From positions 160,828,001 to 160,892,000 of the forward strand of contig OZ024741.1 of NCBI GenBank assembly GCA_964016885.1: a stretch of 64,000 nt of DNA, written 5' to 3'. The notes under the pieces are model-generated. The model worked only from the letters and a program-made list of their open reading frames with translations, ran no database searches and was not told where the DNA came from. Numbering within the stretch: position 1 is the stretch's first letter; every line of letters starts with the position of its first letter. Below are positions 51,701-61,064 of the stretch, piece by piece. The translations under genes were made by a program, and so were the position numbers. This stretch comes from Eledone cirrhosa (taxonomy: Eukaryota).

Positions 51701-54700
51701 AACACTGGCCATGCTGAGGCACTGACTTCAAGAGTTTTAGTTGATCATATTGACCTCAGACTTATTTTTTCAAGTTTTGCACTTAATTTATCAATATCAT
51801 TTTGTTACAGCTAAGTTATAAAACATAAATAGACAGTAAAATCTCATGCACATATACATGACAGGCCAACATACAGCCTCCATCCACCAAACCTCACTCA
51901 TATGGCATTGATCTACTCGAGGTTACAGCAGAAGACATCCACTGATGGTGATACATCCCATGACTGAACCTAAAACCATGTGATTGTGAAGTGAACTCCT
52001 CAAGCACGTAATCAGGCATCGCTCACCTATAGTCAACCATAACTTATATACACACTTAGAAATACTGAATCAGTAAAAGAATCGAAGAACTAATTTTTAC
52101 CGGCTCCTCCTGTAATCTTTGTGAAGACTGTTGGCCATGTTGTGAATGACTCCAAAAGTTTGGGGTGTTTCCATAGAAGGTAGACTGTAAAAGATAGTGT
52201 TTAAAGTCCTTAAACAACAAAACATGTTTTCATTTATTTTAAGAATATGATGTACAACATTAACCCTTTTCATACCAAACCATCCCTGGTTTTACAATAT
52301 GAAACTTTATTTTAAAATTTAGCTAAAAATCTCCCATCATAATTTTAAGAATCTGTCAATTTGGCCTTAATGTCTTGATCCACTGTGCTGTTCCACCACC
52401 AAGACACCCTCTGTCTGGATGGTGCTTCACGCCAGTCAGAAGTCTCATGAGTAGTCTGTAGTAGGTAATCACATAAGGACTTCTAATAGTCCTCTATATC
52501 CTGTACTGATCATATGCATCATGTAGGTGCATATTTCCTGATCCTATACTTAACAGAAAATTCCTTTAGCTTTCAAACTCTCCTCTTCCAGATTTTTCTG
52601 TGGTTCTTGTGCTTATTATGATGTCTCTAATATCTTATCTTGGGCAGTGCATTCTTCTCCGGGGAAGGTCTTCACATTTATAACCATTGGTGTATCTCAT
52701 TTTTGAAGTAAGAAGTCACTCTGTTTTGTGTGTTTGCCTGATGGCTGGTTGTCATGACTGATACAACTAAGAATTTGCTTGACACTTATAGTATGATTTC
52801 TACAGCAGAGTACCTTGACCACCACCAACTACCTTGCAGGGTGTACTGGGTGCATTTATTACATATATACATACACATATATATAGATATACACCACACA
52901 AATATGAGTACACATATACATACATATCATCCACAAACACAGCTTTGTTGAAGTTTGCTGAAGAAACTGGATATTACTTATTCTGTATATAGAACATGTT
53001 TATGTTCCTTAGCTGTGTCATAGACATGACACTCTCCCTAGTATTTGTAATTTACACAATAAATGCACATAGTACCCCCTGTAAAGTGGTTGATATTAGG
53101 ATGGGCATCCAGCCAAAAAATGTGACAAAAAAAGGGTTGGGAGGGCTCTTCAGCTGTGACATATACATGACAACCTACCTAGAGTTGGTGCTCTACATGA
53201 TAAACAATCACTCAGTACACCCTGTAAAGTGATTGCTGATAGGTAGGGCATTCAGCCATAGAAAAGCGGCTAAACAAAAGATTCCAAAAACACTTCAGTT
53301 ACGTTAAAGACATGACAACTTCTCCAGTGTTGGTACAATGATAAAATGAACTCAGTAGCACATGGGATCATATATTGGAACCCCAGCCTACATGGGGGTC
53401 AGAGGCTTCGTATGAGTACTGATCAGTTTGTAACCACAAGTCCAACCCTTGCTAGCAGGGAAAACAAACATTAAACAAAGATGATGATAAAAAATGTACA
53501 CTTAATAATCAGTTTGTGTGACAGACAAAAAATATTGTACAATCAATATATATTAATTAATGCATATTCTTTATTACTAAAGTATACTATGCCACAAAAT
53601 TCTATTTCCAATGAGTAAGTTCCTATATAAGAATATCATTTAAATTTAGTTTGTTTTTTATCTATATCTAGACAGCAAGAATAAAGTTAATTTTTTAAAT
53701 CTTGATTTCATCATCGTCACAGAATTTCAGTAGTTTATTCTATTTGGCTTTGGATGCACTGACCCACCACCTCTACTGTAGTAACTAGGATGTGAGAAAG
53801 AGCAAAACAGTCACCGACAGTAGCATCTCATATGAACCATCTATCTCAAACCCAAGGGCAATGGGTACAGACATAAGCCCTTTTCTCTGGCTGGCTCCAG
53901 AATAAAGGGAATATTGTTTCTGGCTAGGCCCTGAATTATTATCAAGTACCACTCAGTGTAGTGAATGAAGCAATCCGTGAAGATTACCCACAGACATTAG
54001 CACTGACTTTGAGTGATGAAGATGTGGTGCTTCCTCAAACTGAATAAGCCACAGGCAAAGCTCCAAATCAATCCTTAGAAAATTGAGATATTGACACTGG
54101 CTAAAAGCCATTAACAAAATTACAAAAGAACTGACATACCTGTTGGGTAAAACTGTTTATTAATGAGTTCAAATACAATAGGATCCTTCTGATGGAAATA
54201 GACAAAGGCAATTTCTCCAGTGTGTGTAGAAATTTTCTTTATAGAAACATCACCTTTGCTTGGACATAAGTCTTCAAGAGATTCTTCATTCAAAGACGGG
54301 AAAGCTTTAATTAAGTCAGCTCTAAGTTTCTTTCTAAATACACAAATGAAACAAAAGAATTACATATAAATATATATATATATATATCATAATTTAATAT
54401 AGAAATGACTTCTACAGGACTAGAACTGTTTCATTCATACAAAATCATCAGGAATACCAGATGACACAGAAAGTCGTCGATACTTACAGGTTTCCTAGTC
54501 ATGTAGAAACTATTTATGTATTAAATAATGATGTTTACACTCTACTAATGTATTGAGTACCTTTTTAACTGTGGTTACCCCTGGATCTACTTATACACAT
54601 ATATAGTAAAATTGTGGATGTAAAATGAAGATAATGTATATATATATATATTGTTTTGTGTTTATTGGCAGCATGACCCTCCCAAAGTATAACTATATAT

Positions 54701-56656
54701 ATCTATATATATAAAGTTGTATTCCTGTCTGTTTGTTCACGAACTCCTCCTATGGTTTTGGAGATAGACCCCCATAACCATATATATTCTGAAATTACGT
54801 TGCCCAGGGTACTTGGATAAGTATATTTCATTTTAATCAAAGGGTTCCCAGGGGGCACAAACTTCCGCTGAAAAATGTTTCCCTTTGATTTATATGAAAT
54901 TTAAACCATAGGTAAATGACAAGATATGATGCCTATTCACAAAAGTTTTGAATTGATATTTTAAAAAAAATGATTTACAAGAAACAAAATAATAAGATTT
55001 AATAATGTAATTTTGATTTGATATATTACAAAAAATAATTGTTTCTACTTTTGGCACAAGGCCATCAATTACCCAGTACATTACTGGTACTTTATTTTAT
55101 CGACCCCGTAAGGATGAAAGGCAAAGTTAACCTCGGCGGGATTTGAACTCAGACCGTAAAGGGACGTAACTATGCTGGAAAGCATGGCGTCCGACTCTCT
55201 ACCGATACTGCCAATCCACACCCGGTATATTACAAAAAATGTTTTCCAATTTTTCATGCATTACATTTTACATTGAGTAATATTGAAATGCAGAGTTTTT
55301 CTCCATAAATTATATCACTGATTTAAAATCAATCATCATTTTCTTACAAAAGAAAATGTGTGAAACGCAGCAAGGCGCAGGTAATTCAGCTAGTATATAT
55401 ATATATATATATAAAGGCATTCATATATATATATATATATATATGAAAAGAGCATCACTGCCAAACAAAAAATTTGATGACTTTCTTCACTGCCTATTTT
55501 TTCATTGAAACTCTTCTGTTATATCCTGTAGAAGAATAATAAAGAGGAGAGGACTAACGATGAAGTTCTGATGGATACCTTCCTGCACACTAAATTCTTC
55601 ATTATAGTCATTGTTAACTCTAACCTTGCTGACATTTCCTCTATACACCACTTGTACTGCCTTCACCAACCACTCATCTACTCCTTGTTTTCTAAGATAA
55701 TGGAATGGTGGACTTAGTCGAAGGCTTTCTACAAGTCAACAAAAGCTAGGTAGAGGGGTTTACTTTTAGATAGGTACTTCTCTTGCAGTTGCCTCACAAA
55801 GAGAGCATCTGTGGTCCCTAATCAGCTGTTATAATTGTTTCTGTGACCTTCAAGACCTGGCCAACCAGCTTGATGCCCCTATAGTTTTCTGTTTAGAGCA
55901 TCTCCTTTACCCTTGTATCTGTTGATGATGCTGCTGCTATGCCAGTTGCAAATCAACACCAACATTATATATATATATATATTTATTTAATTATGTAATA
56001 CACAACACAATATAACTATTAACTTCGTGAAATCTTGGGTAATGGAATAATTATATTGTTGTTTATTACATAATTAAATAGCTCTGTACTATACGTAGAG
56101 CACTCTTCTTTCCTTTACCTTTTCTATGGAAATACTTAACACACGCACACATATATATATATATATATATATAACTTTTAAGGTAGCTAAAATATAGATA
56201 TATATTACTAATTAACAAAACTAACGTTTTTGAAAATGAAATTGATGTGCTTCTTTGCTGGATTCATCATAAAAAAATTAATGAATTTGAAATAACAGAA
56301 AAGAGTTATATTGCATTGTCATATGGCATTTAGGATATTAGAATTATGTAGATACTTATAAATTTTGAATATTTTAGGAGGCAAAATCAACATTCCCTGT
56401 TAAATGTGTAACTGTGTATGTCTTATCTGCTTTTTTTTTTTTTTGTTTCTCCCTCTAATAATTTTTTAGGCAAACCAACACACTGCAATTACTTTTAGCT
56501 GAGTGAATTTCCTATTGAAGGAAATAATGCATCACTCAGTCTGTGAATTGACCCTATAACGCGTTTTCGACTATATTAGTAAAAACAGAAAAAAAGACTA
56601 TCCATAACTGAGTTCTTCCGAGGATGCCAACTGGTGTAACAAATGTGAAGATGCTT

Positions 56657-56691
<35 letters not shown>

Positions 56692-56752
56692 ATATATAAA
56701 GCATCTTCACATTTGTTACACCAGTTTTATTGTTCTACAATAAAACTCACCT

Positions 56753-56813
<61 letters not shown>

Positions 56814-57413
56814 GTGTGTATGTATATTGTATTGTATAAAATACATGGAAAACTGGTGTATGGCTTCTAAGGAACTTGGAGTTTCCTGAAGTTTTTCACT
56901 TCATTTTTCAGCCTTCATAATATATTTACGTCTATGACTACATATTGAGGGCTCTTTCTCTAGTGATTACAACCATACATTCAGGCAAAACACACACATA
57001 TATATATGTGTTTGTGTATATGAGGTGATAAAAGCTGGCCTTACACAAATGTACCTCTGAAAGGTGATGGCACATAGAAACCAAGCCCAAATCAGTTCTG
57101 TATGAGCAAGACATGGTCATCTGACCTGGCTTGTTTCACAGCGGGATAACCCATCTACTCAAGCTAGCATGGAAAAAATGGACGTTAAATGTTGATGATG
57201 ATATATATATATCATATAAATCAGTAAGTAGTTGACGGCCAAGAGAAGAGTACTCAATACTATGTTTGTGTATTATACTCATTTTATTAAGGCTAAATAG
57301 TGAGTCTTGCCTGCTTCTCACATGGTCATCAGGCATGTGATGACCCTGTGAGAACCAGGCAAAACTCCAGGGCAACAAAGGCTCACTATTTAGCCTTAAT
57401 AAAATGAGTACAT

Positions 57414-57447
<34 letters not shown>

Positions 57448-58109
57448 CACGCGCAAACAAGTTATTTTAAATTGAATATACAGCAGGTATTTTCAAGCCT
57501 GCGAACTTCGTCTTCCAAGGGATTAAATAGAATTAAGGGTGTGTGTGCATGTAGCCTCACACAAGAGTGGATTAAGGTTGCATGGAGCCACTAGTCGAAA
57601 ATTCCATTGGAGACTATGAGTATTAAAATAACAAAATACATGTGTTTGTCTATAACTTAGTCAGCCACCCCGCGTAATCTGTCACTGGCATCATATATAA
57701 ATTCAAATAAATTGAAAATTTGAAATATTCGTATTCTTTGACTGGTTTCAGTCAATTGACTAAGGCCATGCTGGGGCATAGCCTTAAAGTATTTAGTCGA
57801 GAATATCGACCCAGTTCTCTTTTTTTTCAAGTCTGGTACTTAATTTATCGATCTCTATATGTCGAAGCGCTAGATTTAAGGGATACAGACATAAACGTAA
57901 AAACAAGCACACATTTTATATATATATAAATATAATGTAAATATGTGTGAATATATACATATATACGTTGTGTTTCTAGAATTAACATCTCCATTTTTTT
58001 TTATCTAAAGGAAATCCTTACTATGTTGAAGCATCAAAAGTAGTAGTTGATACCTGTCAGAGCCCTTTAAGGACGATTGAGTTTTAACACGAAAGCTTTT
58101 CTTAAACAT
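32107..58109 (-). CDS. EIF2D: Eukaryotic translation initiation factor 2D (ligatin), spliced CDS, 580 aa
   Basis: 16 exons totalling 1743 nt, all GT-AG with consistent phases. N-terminus MFKKSFRVKTQSSLKGSDRKKLRAD, pre-PUA/PUA region (YPTVYLLW, GGADLMLPG), IKKSSYKKLSKFLQ-type motif (VKKSSYKKLSKFLQEMQ), SWIB-like region (ITDYVKKNQL, VQLDPVL) and SUI1 domain (RASNKRVTIVRNLESFGI, IQGNQV) all match the known eIF2D architecture. Confidence 0.96.
33302..33464 (-). CDS. EIF2D: eIF2D exon 15 (SUI1 domain)
   Basis: ctcttag|VTIVRNLESFGISPEEFAHHV...VLIQGNQVNFVEKALI A|gtaagt. Confidence 0.95.
35106..35226 (-). CDS. EIF2D: eIF2D exon 14
   Basis: ctttcag|.FMKNMQVAHELKIPGKVPILRKGHLQNINIEVQKRASNKR|gtaagt. 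Confidence 0.94.
35248..35473. mobile_element. TTAA MITE family A
   Basis: TTAA-CCCTTTAGCATTTA...TAAATTCTAAAGGG-TTAA. Confidence 0.85.
36404..36496 (-). CDS. EIF2D: eIF2D exon 13
   Basis: ttgttgcag|.MVQLDPVLASIVLRPGENNKFYLGWKDLIS AG|gtaagt. Confidence 0.92.
37341..37430 (-). CDS. EIF2D: eIF2D exon 12
   Basis: actcag|.KGSAMLPCDVRNVITDYVKKNQLPYDKSN AG|gtaaga. Confidence 0.92.
37872..38057 (+). mobile_element. tRNA-derived SINE
   Basis: Near-identical to 3223-3410. Confidence 0.8.
39783..39917 (-). CDS. EIF2D: eIF2D exon 11
   Basis: tttttag|.LKDLIVPEITEQ...LPKITEMRIVTTAVLPILKEYGY GA|gtatgt. Confidence 0.9.
41029..41132 (-). CDS. EIF2D: eIF2D exon 10
   Basis: ttttcag|LSKFLQEMQDNDFIKVAPKSKGVDEIIWFNKDHT GA|gtaaga. 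Confidence 0.94.
41300..41345 (-). CDS. EIF2D: eIF2D exon 9
   Basis: ttgtag|.PEGKSLEVKKSSYKK|gtaact. Confidence 0.94.
41912..42029 (-). CDS. EIF2D: eIF2D exon 8
   Basis: ttttacag|..EMDSMLRHCFLCALKSKVKEKELPIMTINFFRNHMKAF TG|gttagt. Confidence 0.94.
42084..42380 (+). repeat. Degenerate tandem array of ~40-nt units derived from a SINE body
   Basis: Repeated GGTGGTAGTACTG.TGCCA..ATAAAC.CAGTACACTCTGTAA units leading into GGAAGGGCATCCAG. Confidence 0.8.
42689..42895 (-). CDS. EIF2D: eIF2D exon 7 (acidic linker with poly-Asp)
   Basis: cttctag|..SVSDTSETTSNDGEDDG...DDDDDDDDDDDELVNSQ G|gtattt; symmetric phase 1-1. Confidence 0.82.
44905..46051 (+). mobile_element. Non-autonomous Helitron
   Basis: 5' TC after A, subterminal hairpin ACCCAGgcaacgCTGGGT and 3' CTAG before T, with no TSD. 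Contains internal subrepeats. The flanks rejoin to a SINE motif (gtcaata|taaacttataaatc, compare 4826-4848). Confidence 0.85.
46138..46178 (-). CDS. EIF2D: eIF2D exon 6 (41 nt)
   Basis: gattcag|.AAGSKSEPPLIPS G|gtaagt. Bridges phase 2 to phase 1 and matches the W..G.KS.PP region after PUA. Confidence 0.88.
46419..46620. repeat. Short degenerate tandem repeat (~3 copies)
   Basis: CCTGCATGTCATAACTG..GTTTAGAATAGGTACACT repeated. Confidence 0.65.
48135..48375. mobile_element. TTAA MITE family A with duplicated 3' end
   Basis: TTAACCCTTTAACATTTAC...GGTTTAAATGCTAA GGTTTAAATGCTAAAGGGTTAA. Confidence 0.85.
50125..50232 (-). CDS. EIF2D: eIF2D exon 5
   Basis: ttttccag|.SPLAIGKMLMSGYDMYESAMKGKGMTIIHYYGDEL TG|gtaaaa. 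Confidence 0.95.
50847..50949 (-). CDS. EIF2D: eIF2D exon 4
   Basis: ttttcaag|..LMLPGVIVKGKVYPGTFKQIKKGDICSVSAQGN AA|gtaagt. Confidence 0.95.
52101..52184 (-). CDS. EIF2D: eIF2D exon 3
   Basis: ttacag|..YLLWKHPKLLESFTTWPTVFTKITGGA G|gtaaaa. Confidence 0.95.
54140..54333 (-). CDS. EIF2D: eIF2D exon 2
   Basis: tttag|..KKLRADLIKAFPSL...KQFYPT G|gtatgt. Confidence 0.95.
54702..55393 (+). mobile_element. Non-autonomous Helitron carrying a nested SINE
   Basis: a|TCTATATATATAAAG...CTGTCTGTTTGTTC start, degenerate GC hairpin and CTAG|t end. Confidence 0.7.
55037..55225 (-). mobile_element. Young tRNA-derived SINE with perfect 15-bp TSD
   Basis: TATATTACAAAAAAT at 55022-55036 and 55226-55240 flanks the reverse complement of the 3223-3410 SINE. 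Confidence 0.92.
55984..56080. repeat. AT-rich inverted repeat
   Basis: Arms 55984-56020 and 56046-56080 are near reverse complements. Confidence 0.8.
56629..56726. repeat. 98-bp palindrome with (TA)n centre
   Basis: Perfect 29-bp arms: aactggtgtaacaaatgtgaagatgcttt / aaagcatcttcacatttgttacaccagtt. Confidence 0.92.
57276..57410. repeat. Nested double inverted repeat
   Basis: Outer 29-bp perfect stem (57276-57304 with 57382-57410) and inner 27/30 stem (57302-57331 with 57338-57367) with a 6-nt loop. Confidence 0.9.
58054..58109 (-). CDS. EIF2D: eIF2D exon 1
   Basis: MFKKSFRVKTQSSLKGSD AG|gtatc. Confidence 0.93.
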
Positions 58110-58200
58110 GAGGGATGTTGACAAATGCCGTAACTGAAGCGGAAGTACGCTTTCACAAGTCGTCTGTGCTCTCTAAAATAGAGAATTTAACTTCCGGTCG
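58110..58200 (-). promoter_or_regulatory. Candidate eIF2D core promoter / 5' UTR with ETS-like sites
   Basis: GCGGAAGT (58139-58146) and ACTTCCGG (58190-58197) just upstream of the ATG, in a locally CpG-retaining zone. Confidence 0.5.
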
Positions 58201-59069
58201 CATCACATGTTACCTTTAATGTTTAAAATATTTAGAAAATAAAAACATATATATTATTTATTGAACCACCGTCAGTTCCGATGACGAGTGTTCAAGTTGT
58301 TCGAACAACGGAACCGTATGGTCGTGGAATTAACGTACAGGTGTGCAAGTATTCCCTTAATGTAGACTCCTATGAGTTTTAGTGTGACACAAGCAGGACT
58401 TGTTGCAACGTGAAATAAAGTATATTAAGTATATTACTCATGATCATAACGCGCTGCCGAACATCCTAACTTTGAGCTACGCGCCTCCACGGCTTTTTTG
58501 TTTTTCATTTTCGTTTTTTTTTTTTTTTGTCTTTACTGGACATTCTTTCTGTTTCTCCATTGTGATCCTGTCTCTATTTATACTCCTGAAGAAGGGCTTA
58601 AGCTCGACATGTCGAACTTTCCTCTTTCCAATATAAAGTGTCAAACTAATAAGACTTTGTACTTGTTTGTTGTCTCCGTGAACTATATATATATGTGTGT
58701 GTGTGTCCTAGGTTCAATCGGGGGTAACCACAGTGAGGTACTCAATACATAGTATATACAATATTTAATATAGAATCCATTTCTATATTAAATATTATAT
58801 ATATGATAAGAAAAAGGGCGATTTGTGTCTTCATTGCGTTTATTAAGTATGCGCGTTTCGCTATTGATCAGCTTAAGGTTCCATTTGTATCGATCTGGCC
58901 CGACTCTGGAATCAAAAGCTCGTCGGACTTCTGTTGTGGTAATAACATAACAAATCATCCTTTTTATTATTACACTGCTTAGTAATGCATATGTATACTT
59001 GCTGGAAACTATGCATCGAGTGCTCACTCTGGTGAATCTACAGTAACTGACATTACAATCTCTAATATA

Positions 59070-59640
59070 TTTTTCTAGGGCGGATAAAATTCCCGAAATC
59101 CATGGACGAGTTCTCTCCAGCGGTCTTTGTCCCTCATTATCGCTGCCATGTCCTGCGTCTCCAACAGACCAGTGTCTGTCCTTAGGGCATCAACATACGT
59201 TAACCTTGGTCTTCCTCTTCCAGTGTGTCCATGTAGGGGCTCCCACAGGAGCACTGAGTGCAATGTCAACTCTGGATGTCGGTGAGCATGTCCAGCATAC
59301 CTCAGTCTCCTCTGTGTCACTTTTGAGCTGACTTTTGGGAGGCTCCCATACAGCTCTGAGTTTTTCATCCTCAGTGTATACTGATTAATGTTCAGAGCCA
59401 TCCTCAGCATTCTCGTGTAGCACCCATCTACCATCTGAGTGAGTTTCTTGGTCAGTGTCCAAGTCTCAGATGCGTACAGCAGCACAGACTCCACTACAGC
59501 AATGAAGAGGCGGATTTTCAGGTCTTTACGAAGGTCCGACTTCCACACCGATCTCAAGCTGTGGCACGTCGCCCAGGCTTTGCTCTTCCTCTCAACCACA
59601 TCATCTTCCGTATTCCCAATCTTTGCTCCCAAATACAGGA
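59070..59640 (-). mobile_element. RTE-clade LINE, 3' segment (non-inverted part)
   Basis: YLGAKIGNTEDDV..KAW...VWKS.L.K.LKIRLF.AVVESVLLYASETWTLT...GHAHRH...GRGRP to the stop at 59075. Confidence 0.9.
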
Positions 59641-60968
59641 GAGAGAGATTGGATGGACTGAGGAGAGTGTGACGAGGAGGTACGGGCACTTCACCAATTC
59701 AAAGGCAGAAGCAAGTGAAACCCTGGTGCCGAGGAAAGAGTACAAAAGGAAGCACGTCAACTCTGCAAACCCAAAAGTGTGTGCAGCCAGAGAACACCTG
59801 AAAGCTGCCAAGGACCAATTCTATGCTGATCTTACGGAGGAGAGGATAGAGACTGTGGAGGTAATGAGGGAAGAACTCTGTACCGCTTACACTGAGGCCA
59901 GAGAGGAGGCACTGATAGAGAAGATCAGAAGTGTGGAGAGAGCGGTTGACAGATCTGGATGTAAGGAGAGTTGGATGATCATCAACGAGATCACAGGGAG
60001 GAAGAGAAGGTGTTCAAGTCAGATCCAGGGAACGGGGCCCGAGGATAGGAAATGGCTAGACCATTTTAGTACTCTACTAGGAGAGCCACCCTCCACAGCC
60101 CAGCGCACTGGGGAGATCAGGCGGCTGTTTGAAGAACTGGATATTGAGACAGAGCCCTTCACCAGAGAGGAGCTTCAGAGAGCCAAGAAGAGGATCAAGG
60201 AGGGCAAGGCTCATGGAGAAGATGGAGTGGTATCAGAGGTGTGATTTTGATGATATCATCCTGGGGTTCTGTAACCAGGCACTGGAGAAAGGAGTTGCCC
60301 CGAATCAGTGGAGGATCAGTAACATCGTCCCAGTGCCAAAGAAGGGAGATCTCTCTAACACCAACAACTACAGGGGGATCTCACTGACGTCACTTGTGGC
60401 AAAGACCCTCAACAGGATGATTCTTAACAGGATCCAGCCTGAGATGGAGAAGAAGCTCAGGGACAACCAAAACAGCTTCAGAGAGGGAAGATCAACCACC
60501 AGTCACATCCTGATGCTGAGGAGGATATTAGAGGGAGCTAGAGCAAAGTGCCTTCCTGCGGTCATGGTTTTCATTGACTTTAGGAAGGCCTTTGATTCTG
60601 TGGACCGTCAATGCCTGATGAAGATCTTACAGGCTTATGGAATCCCCAAGAAGATAGCGGACCTGATATCACTGCTCTACACCAACACCAAAGCCCAAGT
60701 CATTACACCTGATGGGACGACAGAGTTCTTAGAGATACTGGCTGGAGTGCTCCAGGGAGATACATTGGCTCCCTACCTTTTTATCATCGTAGTGGACTAT
60801 TGTATGCGCCTTGCACTGGAGAAACACCAAGACTGGCTTTACTGTAGCACCGGATCAGAGCAGGAGAGTTAAGGCGAAAAAGGTGTCAGATACTGAATTT
60901 GCCGATGACATAGTTTTGGTGACAAATACAGTGAAGGAGGCAGAGGATTTGATGCAGAAGGTTGAGAC
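59641..60968 (+). mobile_element. RTE-clade LINE, RT segment inverted relative to its 3' end
   Basis: KAHGEDGV, IVPVPKKGDLS..NYRGISL, FIDFRKAFDSV, GVLQGDTLAPYLF and EFADDIVL motifs, with two frameshifts. Confidence 0.9.
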
Positions 60969-61064
60969 TCAGTTTTGGAGCTGGTTGGACTATCCAGAAT
61001 TGATGGTCCCTGGGTAAGAGGTTGATGTCTCATCTGGGACGCCACAGTCAATGACTTTTTTGCT
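60969..61064 (+). mobile_element. Tiny fragment of a restriction-like-endonuclease (CRE-type) non-LTR element
   Basis: Reads SVLELVGLSRIDG-PWVRG*CLIWDATVNDFFA, resembling S.LEP.GL.R.DGKRPDG.TL.PW..G..L.WD.TV.DT.A with the KRPDG.TL segment deleted. Confidence 0.55.

Noticed and set aside
54415-54460. CTGATGA..GAAA hammerhead-like core on the minus strand
   Set aside because: No stem I partner and a weak stem II.
10652-58109. Intronic C/D snoRNAs
   Set aside because: The ATGATGA matches I saw are (ATG)n SINE tails or poly-Asp codons without a properly spaced CTGA and terminal stem; a snoRNA scan would be needed.
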